The notes under the pieces were generated by a model that was not told where the DNA came from, did not search any database, and saw only the letters and a list, made by a program, of their open reading frames with translations. A program made the position numbers and the translations under genes. A stretch of 64,000 nt of DNA, taken from the NCBI GenBank assembly GCA_040954595.2, contig CM082596.2, positions 6,026,791 to 6,090,790 of the forward strand. Reading direction: 5' to 3'. The DNA is from Balanoglossus misakiensis (lineage: Eukaryota; Animalia; Hemichordata). This document shows positions 39,901 to 54,900 of this stretch, in pieces (the stretch's first letter is position 1; each line of letters opens with the position of its first letter).

Positions 39901-42900
39901 TGATTTTCTGCAAGTGTTATTTTATCACTATACATGTCCGGACATGTTGGTTCTCTTTGAATGGCAACAAAATGTTTTTTCTATCTGGCAATCAAAATGT
40001 CTGTCAGTGCTGCTAAGTTTCTGATTAACCTTTCTTCATCCCCATTTCCCAGTATAGAGGTCCAACTTTACCATAGAGAACAATGGATTTGGACCAAACC
40101 ATGGTGTAAAGGGTTAAAACCATCGACAAATCGCTAAGATGTGGGTCACTGGTCAACTGGTTTTTACCTTGAGATTACCGTTCACTTTTGAATATTGAGA
40201 ACTGATTTGCACGACCCTCGTTTTTTCGCGGAAATCTTAGAAAGAAGAAATCACATTTATTAATAAAACGTGTCAGTACTTTTTTTTAGGGTATTTTCAA
40301 AGACCAATTCAACAGTTTCTGATATAAACAGGTCAGCTACTCTGCATGAAGCGACTACAGGCATTACACATAAAGAGATGGCTCTAAAGGGCTCGGTTAA
40401 AGAGACTCTGCATGATACAGAACCACAGACACAATAGGGGTGAAACACTTTTGTGTTGTAAAATTCTAAGGACTCGAAAATCAGTGACGAAGTCGACCCC
40501 CTTCTTTCAGGTTGACATCACGGCTATTAATGGCAAAGCCAGCTTGTATACCGCTGTATTTAGTTACCCAGGAATGTACTTGATGTTGTCGAAGTCATGG
40601 TTAAACTACGACAAAAAGATGTCACAGGTCAACTAAAAAGCGCTCCACGGATGGTGGGTCTTGTGACTGAGATATTTCATTCTATACTGCTTAGATTGAT
40701 CAGCCCACTCACTAAGTCATCAGGCATCTTCTTGGCCTTGATTTTCAACATAAGCAAATGCATAGTGCATGCAGATGTCACTTTTCAACAGTTGGATATT
40801 ATTAAAATCCTGTTTTAAATGCCTCCGTCTGTAGCAGTCGGATATGGGAAATCCATGAATACAGATTTGGGACAGTGTTCCAGTTTGGAAACCTATAATT
40901 CTGATTCCCTGGCGGTCGAAAAACCTAGATTTTCTACCGCCATGTGTACTCTCGGCTGGAGTTCATATTACAACTTAAAAATACTGTTGTTCCGATAACT
41001 GCTCAGGGGTGATTTTCAACAGTGCACGCAGTTGCCGGTTTTCAAGGCTGTGCAGCTCGCGAAGGTTGCAATTATCGGGAAGATTCAATACGGGTTAATT
41101 TTTACGCTAGAAATGGTGGGGTCCTGATAAACCAGTCACCACAGGAAATGCGGTTCTCTCAGCTTCCCATAATGATGGGTGGGTGTTAAAAATAAAACGA
41201 ATCTGCCCCTTAGGCTAGTCATCATCTGCGTGGTACATTCGCGGATTTTACAATTTACAGATATCGCACCAAGGCCAGATATCACAAAGATGAAAGATGT
41301 TTTGTTCGGACTCACTAACAATCTGCCATGGTCACACGTAAAAATAACACATCTATTAAACCCAGCAAGACAACATCATCTTTGAAATTCTGAAATTATA
41401 ACGTCGACGAACGACATTACTGTCAAAGAAGTACTGACATCCAAGATTATTTTATCCATTATAGATAAAAAAAAGCTGGAAGCTGATATATTTGTCTTTG
41501 TTATTTCCATTACAATCAGATAATATACATCTGCTAATGATATTTAAGTGGTAATATCAACAGGAATAATTTAATTAAAGATAATGCTATCAGTAGCGTG
41601 TGATGCACCACCTGTCTATAATAGGGGGTACGTCTCTCAATAATCCACGACACAAATTTTTGTTTAAGGTAATAGAAGCCTCAAAAATCAAAAGTCTTCA
41701 ACTGTTTCACATTTTTCACTCAGGGCAATAATAGATGTTTGAGAATAAAAATTTGGGGTCACCGTATAAATTTTTTAATGAGAGTGCAAAATTTTCTCAA
41801 ATTTTGAAATTCAAAATGAAAGTACATGCTAACATCTCCAATCATGGACACTCCGTTTCTGAGAAAGTAAACTGTGGTAAAGTATCAGAAAGACAGCCAG
41901 TGAACAACCCAGAGATATGGGCAAACAGAACAGAAATCTTGAAGTACACACACAACACTCATGGCTATATCCTCTCTTATCTTATGCGCCTACCCCTGGT
42001 AATCTCGCCCTCAGGGACGCACATCGAAAGGTCACTGCAATCGGATCCAGGAAAAAAGTATACACACAGCTTTCAACAGGAGCAATTATAGATATCAAGG
42101 AAGTCTAAAAACAGCTGCATATTCTGAGAAAAACGGCAATTAGCAGAAAAAAACAGGTACAGCTCTGTCCAGTGAACACCAGAAAATATATTTACTGAAA
42201 ATTGTTATTTATAGTGTTCCAACTGTAAGAAATTGAGTAATATTTTTTACCACATATGTGTTGGGTTATATTGTTCTGTTTTATAAAATCTTGGCTTCGA
42301 CTGTTTCATAAAGTTGTTTTGCCTCCATGCCTTCAAGAAAGAAAAATGTTCACTGATTGTCTATTTCCCTGTACACGTACATTGCAAACAAGTCACTGTC
42401 AATGACACAGTCCCCAGTGGATCACGAAATCACTGTAGAATGAAATCCATCCAGGCATGGCTGCAAAATTATCTGTCGCACCTACTGGTCACATAGGATC
42501 ATATGCATCAAACACAGCACATTGTCAGTGTGCCAAGTTAAAAAAAATCAATTGAGACATATCTCACTAATGACTGAGACAAAAATGTCTTTGCTGGGAT
42601 ACAAACGAGTAGTGTATTGACGCTATCGATTGGCATTTCCATAAAACTGTGACCTCATACAAACCCATCCCTGCATCTGCACCCTGTTGCACCGTCATTG
42701 TGAACATATACATGTAGCTATATCAAGGCATGTAATTGACAGTGTACACGACACCAGTATGCAGTAAACATTCCAGGACCCTCCAAGAATTTGTCAACTG
42801 TTTCTAGGTCAAAAAAGTATCTCGAGTCGAAAATGACATTTTAGAGAAACCCGTTTGCAGAGACTGTATAAGGATATAGAACTTGTACATGAACTTCGGT

Positions 42901-45900
42901 GCTGCAAAATGTTTTAAGGCACTTGATATTTTATGACAGTAATCATGATTTTTATTTGAAGTGCTACATGACGAGTGGCTAAAAATACCCCAAATTTTTC
43001 CAGAGTTTCCACGAGCAATTCAAATGTCACTTTATCCAGAACTGTCAATGCCATTCCATTATTATAAGTGACTTGACATTCCGGGACTTCCATAGACTCT
43101 CCAAGACAGCACATAAACATCCAACTGTAATTTAACCCTTTCACCCCCCAGTTCCATCAATAGAGGTCCAACGTTACCATAGAAAAGTATATGGATTTGG
43201 ACCAAACCATGGTTGTGAAAGGGTTAAACAGGAAACTGTCCTGTGTGACCCCCCTAGAACAGTGACTAGTCAATTTCATGTAGAATTTCAATATGTAAAT
43301 TTCGCAATCAAGTATGGAGAAGTCTTTTACTCAGACCCAAAACGATTACTGGGGACTCAGTATTACTAGAAACTTTCTACTGTAATTTAAACCACCAAAA
43401 TAATGACTGGTCAGATATGCGAGCATATTCATTTCAAATTCCCCAGAATCCGAGACTTGACTTTGGGACAGTCTATTCATACTTCAGAATTTCTGCCTAA
43501 CATAGCGGCCTCATGAATATTAATAAAGGTCACTCTCAGGGGAAGTACAGTACAGTACACGTGTGTGAACCAGTAGCTTGTGTATTCAAAACCAGCCCCT
43601 CTTGATACCAAGTCAAATAAAGATAAAATAGGTCACCAAAATGGCTCTTTCCACGATGTCTGCATATATCGGTATTGCGACTGAAATAGCCTGGTACTTA
43701 TGTCTAGCAGTGCCAACACCTGCTAGCAGTACACGTACGGTGCAACAAAATTCGAGTACCCATATAAAATTTTGTACGGGCCGGTATACTCTGGTAAATA
43801 AAAGTCACGCTAGAAAACCGACCATGACCCCATCGCCTGTCCTTCACCCTTCACTTATCTATGCAGGTGTTTGCCCACTTCTGGAAATTTCCCAGGAACG
43901 TTCTTTTTTTATTTCACGAACCTGCCATGCATACAGCACACATGGCTCGGGCAAAAATAACTCCAGGCCTCTTCAACAAACACAGCGCCTCTTCCATAAA
44001 CACAACTAATCTTCTCTAAAGTACGTAGCTTTACCTAAATTTGCGGGCAGAAATTTAGACTATTTGACAGAATACTGAAAATGTTGTAATGTGAGAAAAC
44101 CAGCTAGAGTCTTTTTCACTTTAATCTATAATCCATAGTCGAACATTTCAAATCACCACAGATTGTAGAAATTCTCCCTTCACCAGGTGTTTATAAAACA
44201 AAGATGTCGTAGAGAATTAAATTTGAATTATTGTCCTTTTTTTCTGACAAAGTACGAAAGAGGGTTGTAGGTCAATCGACAGGTTCCTACTCAAAAATAC
44301 CGATGTTGTCAAACGGCCATTTTGCTTCTATCTTCCAACGTAAACACCATGCTGCGACAATTTTAATTCAGAGAAAATCTATGTCACATGTATCACGTCA
44401 AATACATCACGAGTAAACCACGTGGGAATTTCACCAGATCTTTCATTATTTTTCTTATCTCAGCAAAATCACAATGGTGCATGAAGTTTGGGACATACTA
44501 CCGTTGCTACCGCGTGTTCTGGACACTAGCCAAGACAGGCGATAAGGAAGGCATGTGATTGCAAAAAACCACAACATTGAATGATTATAGATCTTGAAAT
44601 ATACAGAGTAGATGTCGGTGCATTTGATAAAAGTGGTAGTTTGGTGGGGGTAATGTACACTACGCATATTTTCCACGGATGATGATTGTGAATCCTGCCT
44701 ATGATGTGACCAATACCTTCTAGATACATTGCACAAATTCCCCAGAAACCCCTTGACCACCACTGTCTGTTACATGTCATGGTATACCCTACAGTCATCT
44801 ATGTAAATTTTGCCACAGTTACCATAGAAACTGGAGATCTAGCCAACCACAGATTTGTTACCGGGGTTCCCAAATCTACTACCAATGTTGCTCAACCTTA
44901 GCAAAAACACTGCCAACCACAGATTTTCAATTGGGTGGCCAATTGAAAAACGTGCACCACATGGATGGTATTTCATAACCATGGGCGGGGTGAGCGCACT
45001 CTTTCAGTTTCCCCTAACCATCGGGTTACTCCGTTGAAACAGAAGATCAGGCTCTAATGGAAACCAAATTTCCTGCAAGCTATACTCAGCTTAGATGGTT
45101 TCTCCAGTTCAGGAAATTCTGGGGTAAATTACTGTCGCAAGCAGATCAGAAGTCCCTATGAAATTGGATAGGGCAGCCGCTATCTTATTATAAATTCACT
45201 TTCTCATACATGCTGTGAATATCCTGAACCTTCATATATCCTTTGACCTTAGGGATCTGAACTTTCATATGAAAAAAAAGAAGGAATCTGGATAGCTTAT
45301 CTATGGTTCATGAAATTTAGTCTTGTATCCAGCTGTATTTTGTCCGCATTCTGTTAGTGGCCGTTTAATATTCTGTCTTCTGGTTTCTTCTTCACAATCC
45401 ACCCACACACACACACTACATTCCAAACAACATACCTTGCGCTCTCCTGTACCAAAAGCGAAAGCTAAGAATAGTTGTGCGTCACAATCAATACCAACTC
45501 TTGTGGCGGAAAAACTGGGTCAACCATTCACACAAAGCCGGGGTTTTCCAGCCTGCCTTTTATGACATCATTACCAGGTGACCTCTCGGATTTTTTTTTT
45601 TTTTCATTGTCGGGTTGGCACTGTTCCCAAGTCATTGCGCTTTGAATTTTTCTCTTTTCGTTTTGAAGACACAGCGACTGGGGCTGGAAACCTGCACAGG
45701 TTTGTCAGCTGAGGTGTGCTCAACAACGAAATTCCCAGAATACAGAAAGTTTACACGTAGCTGACGACCGCATTTCTCCACAGCTGGAAATAACAATCGC
45801 ATTGTGTTTACTGTAATTAATACCATACATGTACAAGCATTTCCATGATATACTTTTAACAGTTAAAGGGGTGCGTGGCCCAAATAAGGCAGACATGAAA

Positions 45901-48900
45901 CATATTCATTTTTTTCAAATAGATTTTTCAAGTGCATACACGCTGACCAGCGTATAAAGGACAATTTCGAATGTAAAAACAGTACAGACTCAAAACTGGC
46001 AAATACGCACCACTCCGTGAAATTCTAATATTTTCTTTCTTTCGCAGAAGAACTGAACATCTGTGGTTGAACAAACAGTGTTCAAACAATCGGATATACT
46101 GTGGGTAGGCATACGCCTGCTGCCTTGACCTCTATGTACACAAGGCAGTGTCAAAGTCCCTCTCTGATAAATTGGCTTATTGGGAAGTCCAGCAACCTTT
46201 TTCGAGTGGAGCCCCTATACACAACCAAACCTTAAACCATTGTTATAACCACTTGAAACCTCCTTGGTCACCAGACGTTTATCGCCGAAACATGCGGAAC
46301 AAATTCCTTGAAAAATATCCCCAAAATACACATTCTTTTAATTCTTATGACAGCTCGAAGATACTGCCACTTGAGGAGAGAGACGTGAAATATCGGTGGG
46401 GCTGTGACACTACACTTATAAGGCAGAGTTTTCAAGTCAGTGGTAGCCAGGTTTCAACAGAACTAATCGGTTGCACGAAACAGAAAGAGAGTTTGGCGGG
46501 GGTCACCTCCCCAGGGGAGGGGTGGGGGTTGGAGTTCTTTTAAGAGGGCATAGTGATCCAGTGGCAGAGCTAACGAAAGATCACTGTCAGAGGATTGCGG
46601 GTTCGAGACCAAGACATGGCCACGATGCTGTGCCCTTGAGCAAGAGACTTTTACTTCTCATTGCTTCTCCCTTTATGCCCAGGAAATATGGGTACATACC
46701 ACGTCCTGTAAATTGGGATCTGCACCATTGGATGATGGAGAGAATATAATAAATATTAAAAATTTCAATTTAAAAATGACAAATGGAAGACTGATCGACT
46801 AACCAACAACTGCACATCATGGTGCCAGACAAAGATCTCTACCACCCACCACCCCTTCCATTTCCTTCCCAGTGGAATTTTCCAGTCACCCCTGAAACGG
46901 TTTCATAGTTCAAGTGACCCTACTCTGTGCCATACTTTCCAATAAATTCACGCAAGGTCCTTCCCATTATGAAAAGTATTAATTTCAAATCATGCAACTA
47001 GACAACACCAACGCTGTAACTCCTACACAATATGGTAGACTAATATCTAACTAAACTCACAAGCTTGAATAAATCATTATTTTATCATTTTTCATTCACA
47101 AATCTTATTCACATCGTGTTGATCTGATTATAAGTGTTATGAAAAGTCTTTGATCTGTGAAGATAAGAAATTTGACTAAATCAGGTACAAGGAAACTGAT
47201 GTTTGGGGCAGACATCTTAAAGGTATACGGTCACCTGTGGAAAATCATCTATAGTTACCATGGCAAATTGAGATCTAGCCAATCACACATTTTCAGTGGG
47301 TGGCACACACGAAAAAAAGAGTGCCACCACATGTTCTTTAGGGACTACCTATTGTATATGCTACATGTCCGCAGCTATTTACAAAGTAGTGTCCGCAAGA
47401 GTCTCCATGCCAAGTGTTATATTCTAACAGACGTTTTACAGTGGTTGCGTGCTAAATTGGACGTGGGAATCAGTGCGTACCATCCTGTTGTCGTACGTCA
47501 TCCTGTAGGGAGACGGGATCCAGCCACGGATCAAAAATTCAAAGATCTCCATCAGTTGACGAGCAAGTTTACTTATTTCTTTTAATTGAGCCCTTTGGGA
47601 AATGGCAACTCAAATCATCACGTAATATCGACCACAAATAATGATTCGGAGAATTCAGGAGCATTAAATAGAAACTTCATCAGAAACACCAGGCATGGCT
47701 GCCTGCGTTCATTGACCTTTCTAGGAAAAACATGGCTGGTTCTCGGTAAAAGCTTGTTACCATGGCCACCAGGGTAGTTGATTGTTTGAGCAGGCTTATC
47801 TATGTTGTCTACGCTGAACTGCTGGTAAGAGGAAACACAGGCACACAAAATGAACTTAAAATATAGATAAAATTGAATTTGTTGGAGTATTTCTCAGTAC
47901 AAAATGTAGTTTGCCAGAGCTCATTGTGTTCATTGCTTCAATACGCCCGATACATAAACAATGCATCTGCAGTGAAATGAGAGACAGGCATTTTCCCACA
48001 GAAATGCCACGATTTATGAAAAATTTGTCCTATGGTCGTAATCTTTGTGTCTGTATTGAGGATATAACGTAATGTCTAGACATCATTTAGTTTAATTGTG
48101 GGGAAAATTATTCATATTCTTCTGCTCACTATAATATGCAAGGTTTCAATTTTCAGTTACTCTCTACCTGCTGGTGGGTATTAGTATTACAACGAATGTT
48201 TATGTCTTTAGTTCAGAAATCACAGAGTTATGTCATTCCCATACAGGGCTTTTCTGCGAGGATTACGAAATCACGGTCTACCAAACGCAGACCAGTCACC
48301 TTGCGATCAGGCGGTTTGATCTTTAAATCTTGGAAGTTAATTTCTAACCTGGGTGATATAAATCACAGCAAAATAAACATGCGCTGGTCCAAACCTACCA
48401 CATCAGGACATCTAACTTGGTTCTTTGTTATATTTTTATTGATGTATGAAAAAAAATTGTTTGTTTCACTCTGTGCTGCTCTTCGCAATTACATTGAGAA
48501 GCCACCCAAGGGAGACAGTATATAATGACTTCACGTTTTCATGAATCTCTAGCTTTTGAACTTTCCATCCCTGGGTTGTTTCGCTCTATTTCCAGTCACA
48601 TCAGCCCTTATTCAGGATAGACAGGACCGAAATATTGGCTTTGTCATTCCACTTGCAAACTTCAGGAACACCTGACTGTTAACAGATTCATGCCTCGGGG
48701 ACCAGCTATGTTGTTTTGCTAAAATTCTATGAATGGATGGCTCTTCAAAATATTAATATCTGAGGTGTTCCCAGTTCAAAGATGTAGGGTAGGTCAGACA
48801 AGTCTATCGTTTTACCAACTGTGAATGTTTGAGAGGAATTGGTTGAGGTGTGCCTGAGTTAGGGCTCAAGACATAAAAGTAGTCATTAAAAAATGGCCGC

Positions 48901-51900
48901 CTGTCAGCCATATTGGATTGTAGCACAATACAAATTAGCTTACATAAATTAGTAAAATATCTACGTACCAAGTATGAATGACGTCAACCCTACATGGTTA
49001 TCGATCGACATACGTACAGAATCCAATCAACTTTAGTCCCTCCTGAATTTGTTTGCAGGGACTAAAAATCAAATATAAATTACGTTTCTTCATAAATAAT
49101 TCAGCACTGATGTTTCTAGCGGACGTGACCCTGACATACGCTGTTTGACATTATTATAAAATCCCGCAAAAAAACAAAGTATTGCCCCAAGACTTCGCTG
49201 TATATGTGACCTGTATTGATAATGCAAGTAATAGAAAAAAATTGGCTTGGAAATGAAAAATTAAAAATCTCGTGAGGAAGGGTTTTTTTTCTGTTGTCAG
49301 TCCATCTGTCTATACCCAAGTACCTGTCAACATAAATCAATACTCAGAGGCTATTCTCTGTTCTGATGTCACGAAAAAACAAACAGGGTGTGTTTATCCC
49401 TGCCTGGAAACTATCAAGACAAAAACTGTCATATAACAACATCAACTGCAGAGTCAGCAAACAAGGGGTTAAAGAGTCAGCCAAGCCCAGTCGTATGACT
49501 CGGGCGATTTTTCGCCCCTGAGCACTGCTTAGGATTTATGTATGTCAGCTTCACACCAAGGTATCAGGCTAAAAGAAGAATAAAAAATTAGAAGTTTCGT
49601 TTCTCCTCTCCTCTTTTTAATCTCCGCACAAAAATGCCTCTGGAAATTGAGGCGTTTGATCGGAGAGACCTTGAAATATTGAGAAGCCATACGACTCTGA
49701 ATAATTGTGAAACATAGTTTTGACACGATCTTTACAACCAATCATGCTTTCTTGGTTGTGGTGTCAGTAAAATCTGTGATATACATGTACTTGTAATGTT
49801 CACCCACAGAATTCTGAACCTGCAATGGTTGGTGCTGTATGTTGTGAAACACAACTTGATTCACATCCAAAATCACCAAGACATCATTTTTTCATATATG
49901 CCTGAAGTGATACCGATTGATTTCTGGGTCAATATCGAAAACAACCAAGATAAAACATACAGCAAGCGAAAAAGCACACCTGATTATGGCAAAGTGCCCA
50001 CAGCAAAAGATAAGAATCCATATCTTTCCTAATTGTATGGATTCAACTAAAAACCTTCCCGGATAGAAACTGGACAATTGGAAATCCTCCGATAAATTTC
50101 TGAAATATTTTGCTCAAGACTTTCCCTCACATTTCATCGTTCCTGATCATGTTAAAGACACGCTGTCAAATAAATTTCCGGAAAAAAAGCAGACTGTCAT
50201 TTCTTAACTGCTACCTTCCTAATTTTATATGCACGATCAAGAAAAATACAGATTTATCCTTCAGGTGGAAAAATATCGCATTTCCTCCATTACTATAATT
50301 CCACCAAATCACACCTGCAGTGGTGATAAACGTAGAAACGAATGGTCCACTTGACGCTTCGAAAACAGCACCCAAAACACGTGAAATCAAACCAGCAAAC
50401 TCAAACCCCTAGTATTCCAATTTGCAATAAATGTTAAACCAGGATTAGTTCCATCAATATAGCCTTGAGTATAGGAGAATTTCCGGATCCTATTTTTCAA
50501 GTCTCAGTAAGCTCGCAGACAGACATTGAAGACGGATTTAGAAGGAGAAAGGGGTATTATTCCGGACGTCGTGTGGTTTAGCAGGAATGGATAGTTCTGT
50601 GCCAAGGCTGCGATGCCGTTTCCGTTGTCATTTTATATTTCCATATTTTCAAATCTTCAATCAACATCCATTAATTCTACCTGTTGATCCTTCTAATATG
50701 CTTATTTAGTTTGAAACACTATAAAACAAGAATAAAAAATCCTGGTTTATTTCAGTTTTTAAATGAAATAATAATCTCTTTCTTTCATTTTCATATATTT
50801 TTCCTAGATAATCTTGTGTATGGATTTAACAACAGACAACAGTGGAAGTACAAAGTCTTGCCAATAATTCCATTCTGTGATTTGTTGGGGTTTCTTTTGG
50901 AGCATTTACAATTACGTTGACGTCACAATATTGGCACGTGCTGGGTGACACTTTTTGGCATGCTTCACTGACCGTAACGAGGAAGTAACTCTGAGTGCCA
51001 ATTTTACGAACTGACCTCACTGGTGCAACTCCTGTCCTCTTTCGCTTTTGCTAATGAAGAAAGTGGACCTTACTAAGCAGTGTTTCATTAAGACGGGGGG
51101 ATAGGGGGATTCACCCCCCTGTTGACATCATGTTGGCACCCCCTAGCACATTGCCAAGGGGGACCAATGGTGTCACTCATAATTTGGAGATATTACATTC
51201 CCTCTTGCTTAAGTGGACCCCCAAAGTATTCTGGCAAAGGGAGACTTATCCCCCGTTGTTGCCATCTTGGATGAAACATTGCTAAGTTTAGGAAACTGAA
51301 AAAAAGATTTCTTACTGGCGCTTCACCAACTGCACTAGAAGACGATACTTATGATTTTTATCCCTCTCATCAATCAACGCACCAAAATTCTGCATCAAAT
51401 CAGGAGACCAGAAAAATAAGGTCCGTGGTATGAAACTATGATTGTGAAACCAAAAGCGGTTTCAGGGACCCAGGCGGCAAAGGGAAAGCTGTCATTCTTT
51501 CATTCACAATGTAAATTGCTGGACAAAACGAAAGCTGATTATGTATGCCTCTCACAACCCAAAGACTGGAGGGGGGGGGGGGGGGGGGGGGGGGTCATGG
51601 TGGGTCTCTATTACTGACTTTCCAAAACTGTGACTAACCTGTGTCAGCTACTTTGGGGGATTTCTTCGCATCAGCATGCAATCTGCAATGATGTGAATCA
51701 TTTTCACGGCATGTTTGAGTAATTTTGTATTTGTGTCATTTCGGATTGGCTTTAACCGTGGATTATTAAAACACAGGTATGGTGAATGGAACTGCTTTGT
51801 TAAAGGGACAAAAATTGCCCAATCGGTTTTGCGTACAATCTACGAGTAGCTACATGTACGTTCAACAAGCATTTTAGACACGCACACACACAATCACATT

Positions 51901-54900
51901 TGCCTGAAAACGAAATATAACCCAATTCATCAGCTGACCCAAAACCTGTCGCTCACATATATACAAGTACACCATCTTGTGAAACTTGGACCCACTTGAG
52001 AAATATGCATATCCCTTGACACCCCCAATAAACAATGTACAATTTATCACATATGGGTCAGTCCGTCGGACAACAGCACACAGGTAGAACAATGGTCTCT
52101 CAGAATTGTTACCAGAAGTACCTTGACCTCAGCAGATAACACACCATGTACAGTACTTAGCAGAAAAATCACACCAACTGGTTACCGTGGTAAACATTTA
52201 CGTTTATGAATGTACAATCGGGCCGAAAATTTCCTTACAGTGAAGCTTTAATAGGGAGGTTGCGATTTATGAGCCTGTGAGGTGCTGCGGTTGCCTCACC
52301 CCACATAGCAGAGTCTGAAACAAGTCTGGGCAAGTCACAGGCACACACGGGTTGAGCAATAGTTCTCTCACTAACAGTACATATGTGTGTGGGTGTGTGT
52401 GGGTGTGCGCCCATTGTGATTTTGAGCTGAGCCCCAGCAACAGTAATGTTGGATCAGTTTTTGTTCAACGTATCATCTCCAGATTCTCACGTGATGTGAA
52501 TTTTATCATTGAAATTCAGTTAAGTCGCCAACCAACAGAGCCTTTTGGAGAAAAAAAAGATTATTTGGTGATACAAAACATATCAAATTGCACAGTTGGT
52601 AAGCAGAATTTACAAAAATCAACGAAAAGACAAAATTTTCTTCGTTTTCTTTGATCCTGAAGTATTGCCTACACCCTGTCCCTTCCCTCTTTTCCTCTAC
52701 ATATATCCAACTTTACCATAGAATTTACCAACAATGAATCTGGACCAATCCATAGTGATAAAAGGGTTAAATCTAGTATCAGTCATTTTGTAATATTATC
52801 AAGGTTGAGTGGAATCAGTCTGAAACATAAAACGAAACAATGTGGTTCAATATCTACTTATCGAAGGAAATCAACCATCCACATGATAGTTGAATACTCC
52901 ATCAGAGTGTATGAGAGATAGATGTAAAATCAGTAAAGTGGTCTTATATTGTAATGATGTAATGATCGCTGAGTTCCTTCTTTGTAATGGACATCAGTGA
53001 TTAGCATATACTTCCAGGTAAGTTTGGAATTTGAAATTGGGATTTCCAAGATAAGTGTTATGTAATATTAGACAAAGGTCAGAATTTGAGTATGTGTACA
53101 TATTACGCCAACAAATGAGGGCCCTAACCAACGGTATTAGTACACAAGTTAAAATGAAATTCAGAACCCTGATCTACAGACTTAAAAATTGGCTTTTTCG
53201 TCTAAAAATAGTTCATATTTTCACGTAAAAACTGCATGACAGAGCATCACGTCTTGAGTTTATAGTTTGCACAGTTATTCTTTTTTCAGTATGAGAACAT
53301 CTTCTCTTTCAAACCATGATACAACAGGCTTGGGATTTGAGTGAATTACAAAATAGCTGAATACAAGTTAATTGCCTTAGCAGGAGATCTTGGAATAAGT
53401 CCAAGATATCTTACATAAGCACACAGAGCATGATAAAACAAGCCCGGGCGATAAAAAACAGAAATCCATCAATAAAAGCCGTTACAAGAAAGACTACGCG
53501 TGGGGTAACAAGTCCATCTGGGGAACAAAAGCAAGACAGAATAAAAAGAAAACGCGCACATTGTACGGCTAACCGCAAGACTGCCGAACGACGTTGGCAA
53601 TGAAGAATCCCTTTTGTTCTATTCAATTTCTGAGAATTTAAAACCAGCAGATCGATTGTGCCCGGAATTGGGTATCAATTTACGCCGTGGAGAATCTCAA
53701 CACACGCGTCATTTTCATGCAAGCAAGACATAAACAACATGAATCCCAGCTTTCTTTACTTCTTCGGAGACGGGATGAACTTGGAACCCTGTCAAAGATC
53801 CGAGCTGTCGGCCCTTGAAATTAGCCGATCCTCATTTTCACAGAACACAATGCGTGACAATGGGCAAGGCCGTGGCAACAGAATAACAATGCCGAGAAGG
53901 CCAAGACATTCTCCGGGTGCGAGCCGACTTGAACAGCTCCCCAGTGAATAGAATATATTCCTTTATTCCATGGAGAAGCAATCAAGCATAGATCCAGTGA
54001 ACTGGATTTCTCAAGAAGCTTCTGGAAATATCAAGATGCTGATATTTTCTGTCTTTGTAAATCTTACAAATGAACATATCTTCATATGATGGCGTATTTT
54101 CTCCTTGTTATATTTTTATATGAACTTTTCAACTATTACTTCCAGTCCCCTTATTTCCTTATTTATCGGTATTTATTTTAAAATCTCCATATGATATTTA
54201 TTTTCAAATTTTCACTACAAAATTCATCTTTGTCATCTGTACTCAAATAATCTTTTAATCCATTAAAGCAACCGTCTTTTGCTATCTTGTACTGTTATCA
54301 AAATAGAAACAACTGACACCAGAAAACAAATGAACTGTTTAACAAACACAAGCTTTACAACCCAGTGTGAAGTTCAAAATAACAATTTTATGGTGATTTC
54401 ATGTGTCCAGTCTATTTAACAGTAGAAAAATTAAACAGTGAAAAAACTAAGAATTTATTTTTCGAAGCGTCAATGAGATTACCACCATCTGCATAAATCA
54501 TGATAAAACTTACTAAAAGATTAGTTGATTCAGCAGTACCCAATATGTTTCAGGAACAGATGTGTCACCGGTGAACACTTTGTTTTTCGTTTTCAGAAAG
54601 TGCTTCTAACAGACATGCTGCTCAATACTGTCCTTGAAACAAACTGGTTGCCTCTGGTTCTACGTCTAATATATAATTTTATATTTCACATGAAGCCTGG
54701 ATACACACTACCGTAAAAGGGGTTCGGGTATTACACACCTTTCTGCGGACAGAATACCAGGAACGGTTACCGTGGTCACAGACACTGGCGCGTACGCCTT
54801 AGTGTACCAGTAACCACGGTGACCACACCAAAGGAAACTGAAGGCGTCGGGCGAGTTGATTTTTGTTGCCATTATTTACAGAAAGCACAATTCATCTGTG

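Noticed and set aside
46545-46620. tRNA gene
   Set aside because: Has A/B-box-like motifs but no convincing cloverleaf, and continues into a SINE CORE-like body.
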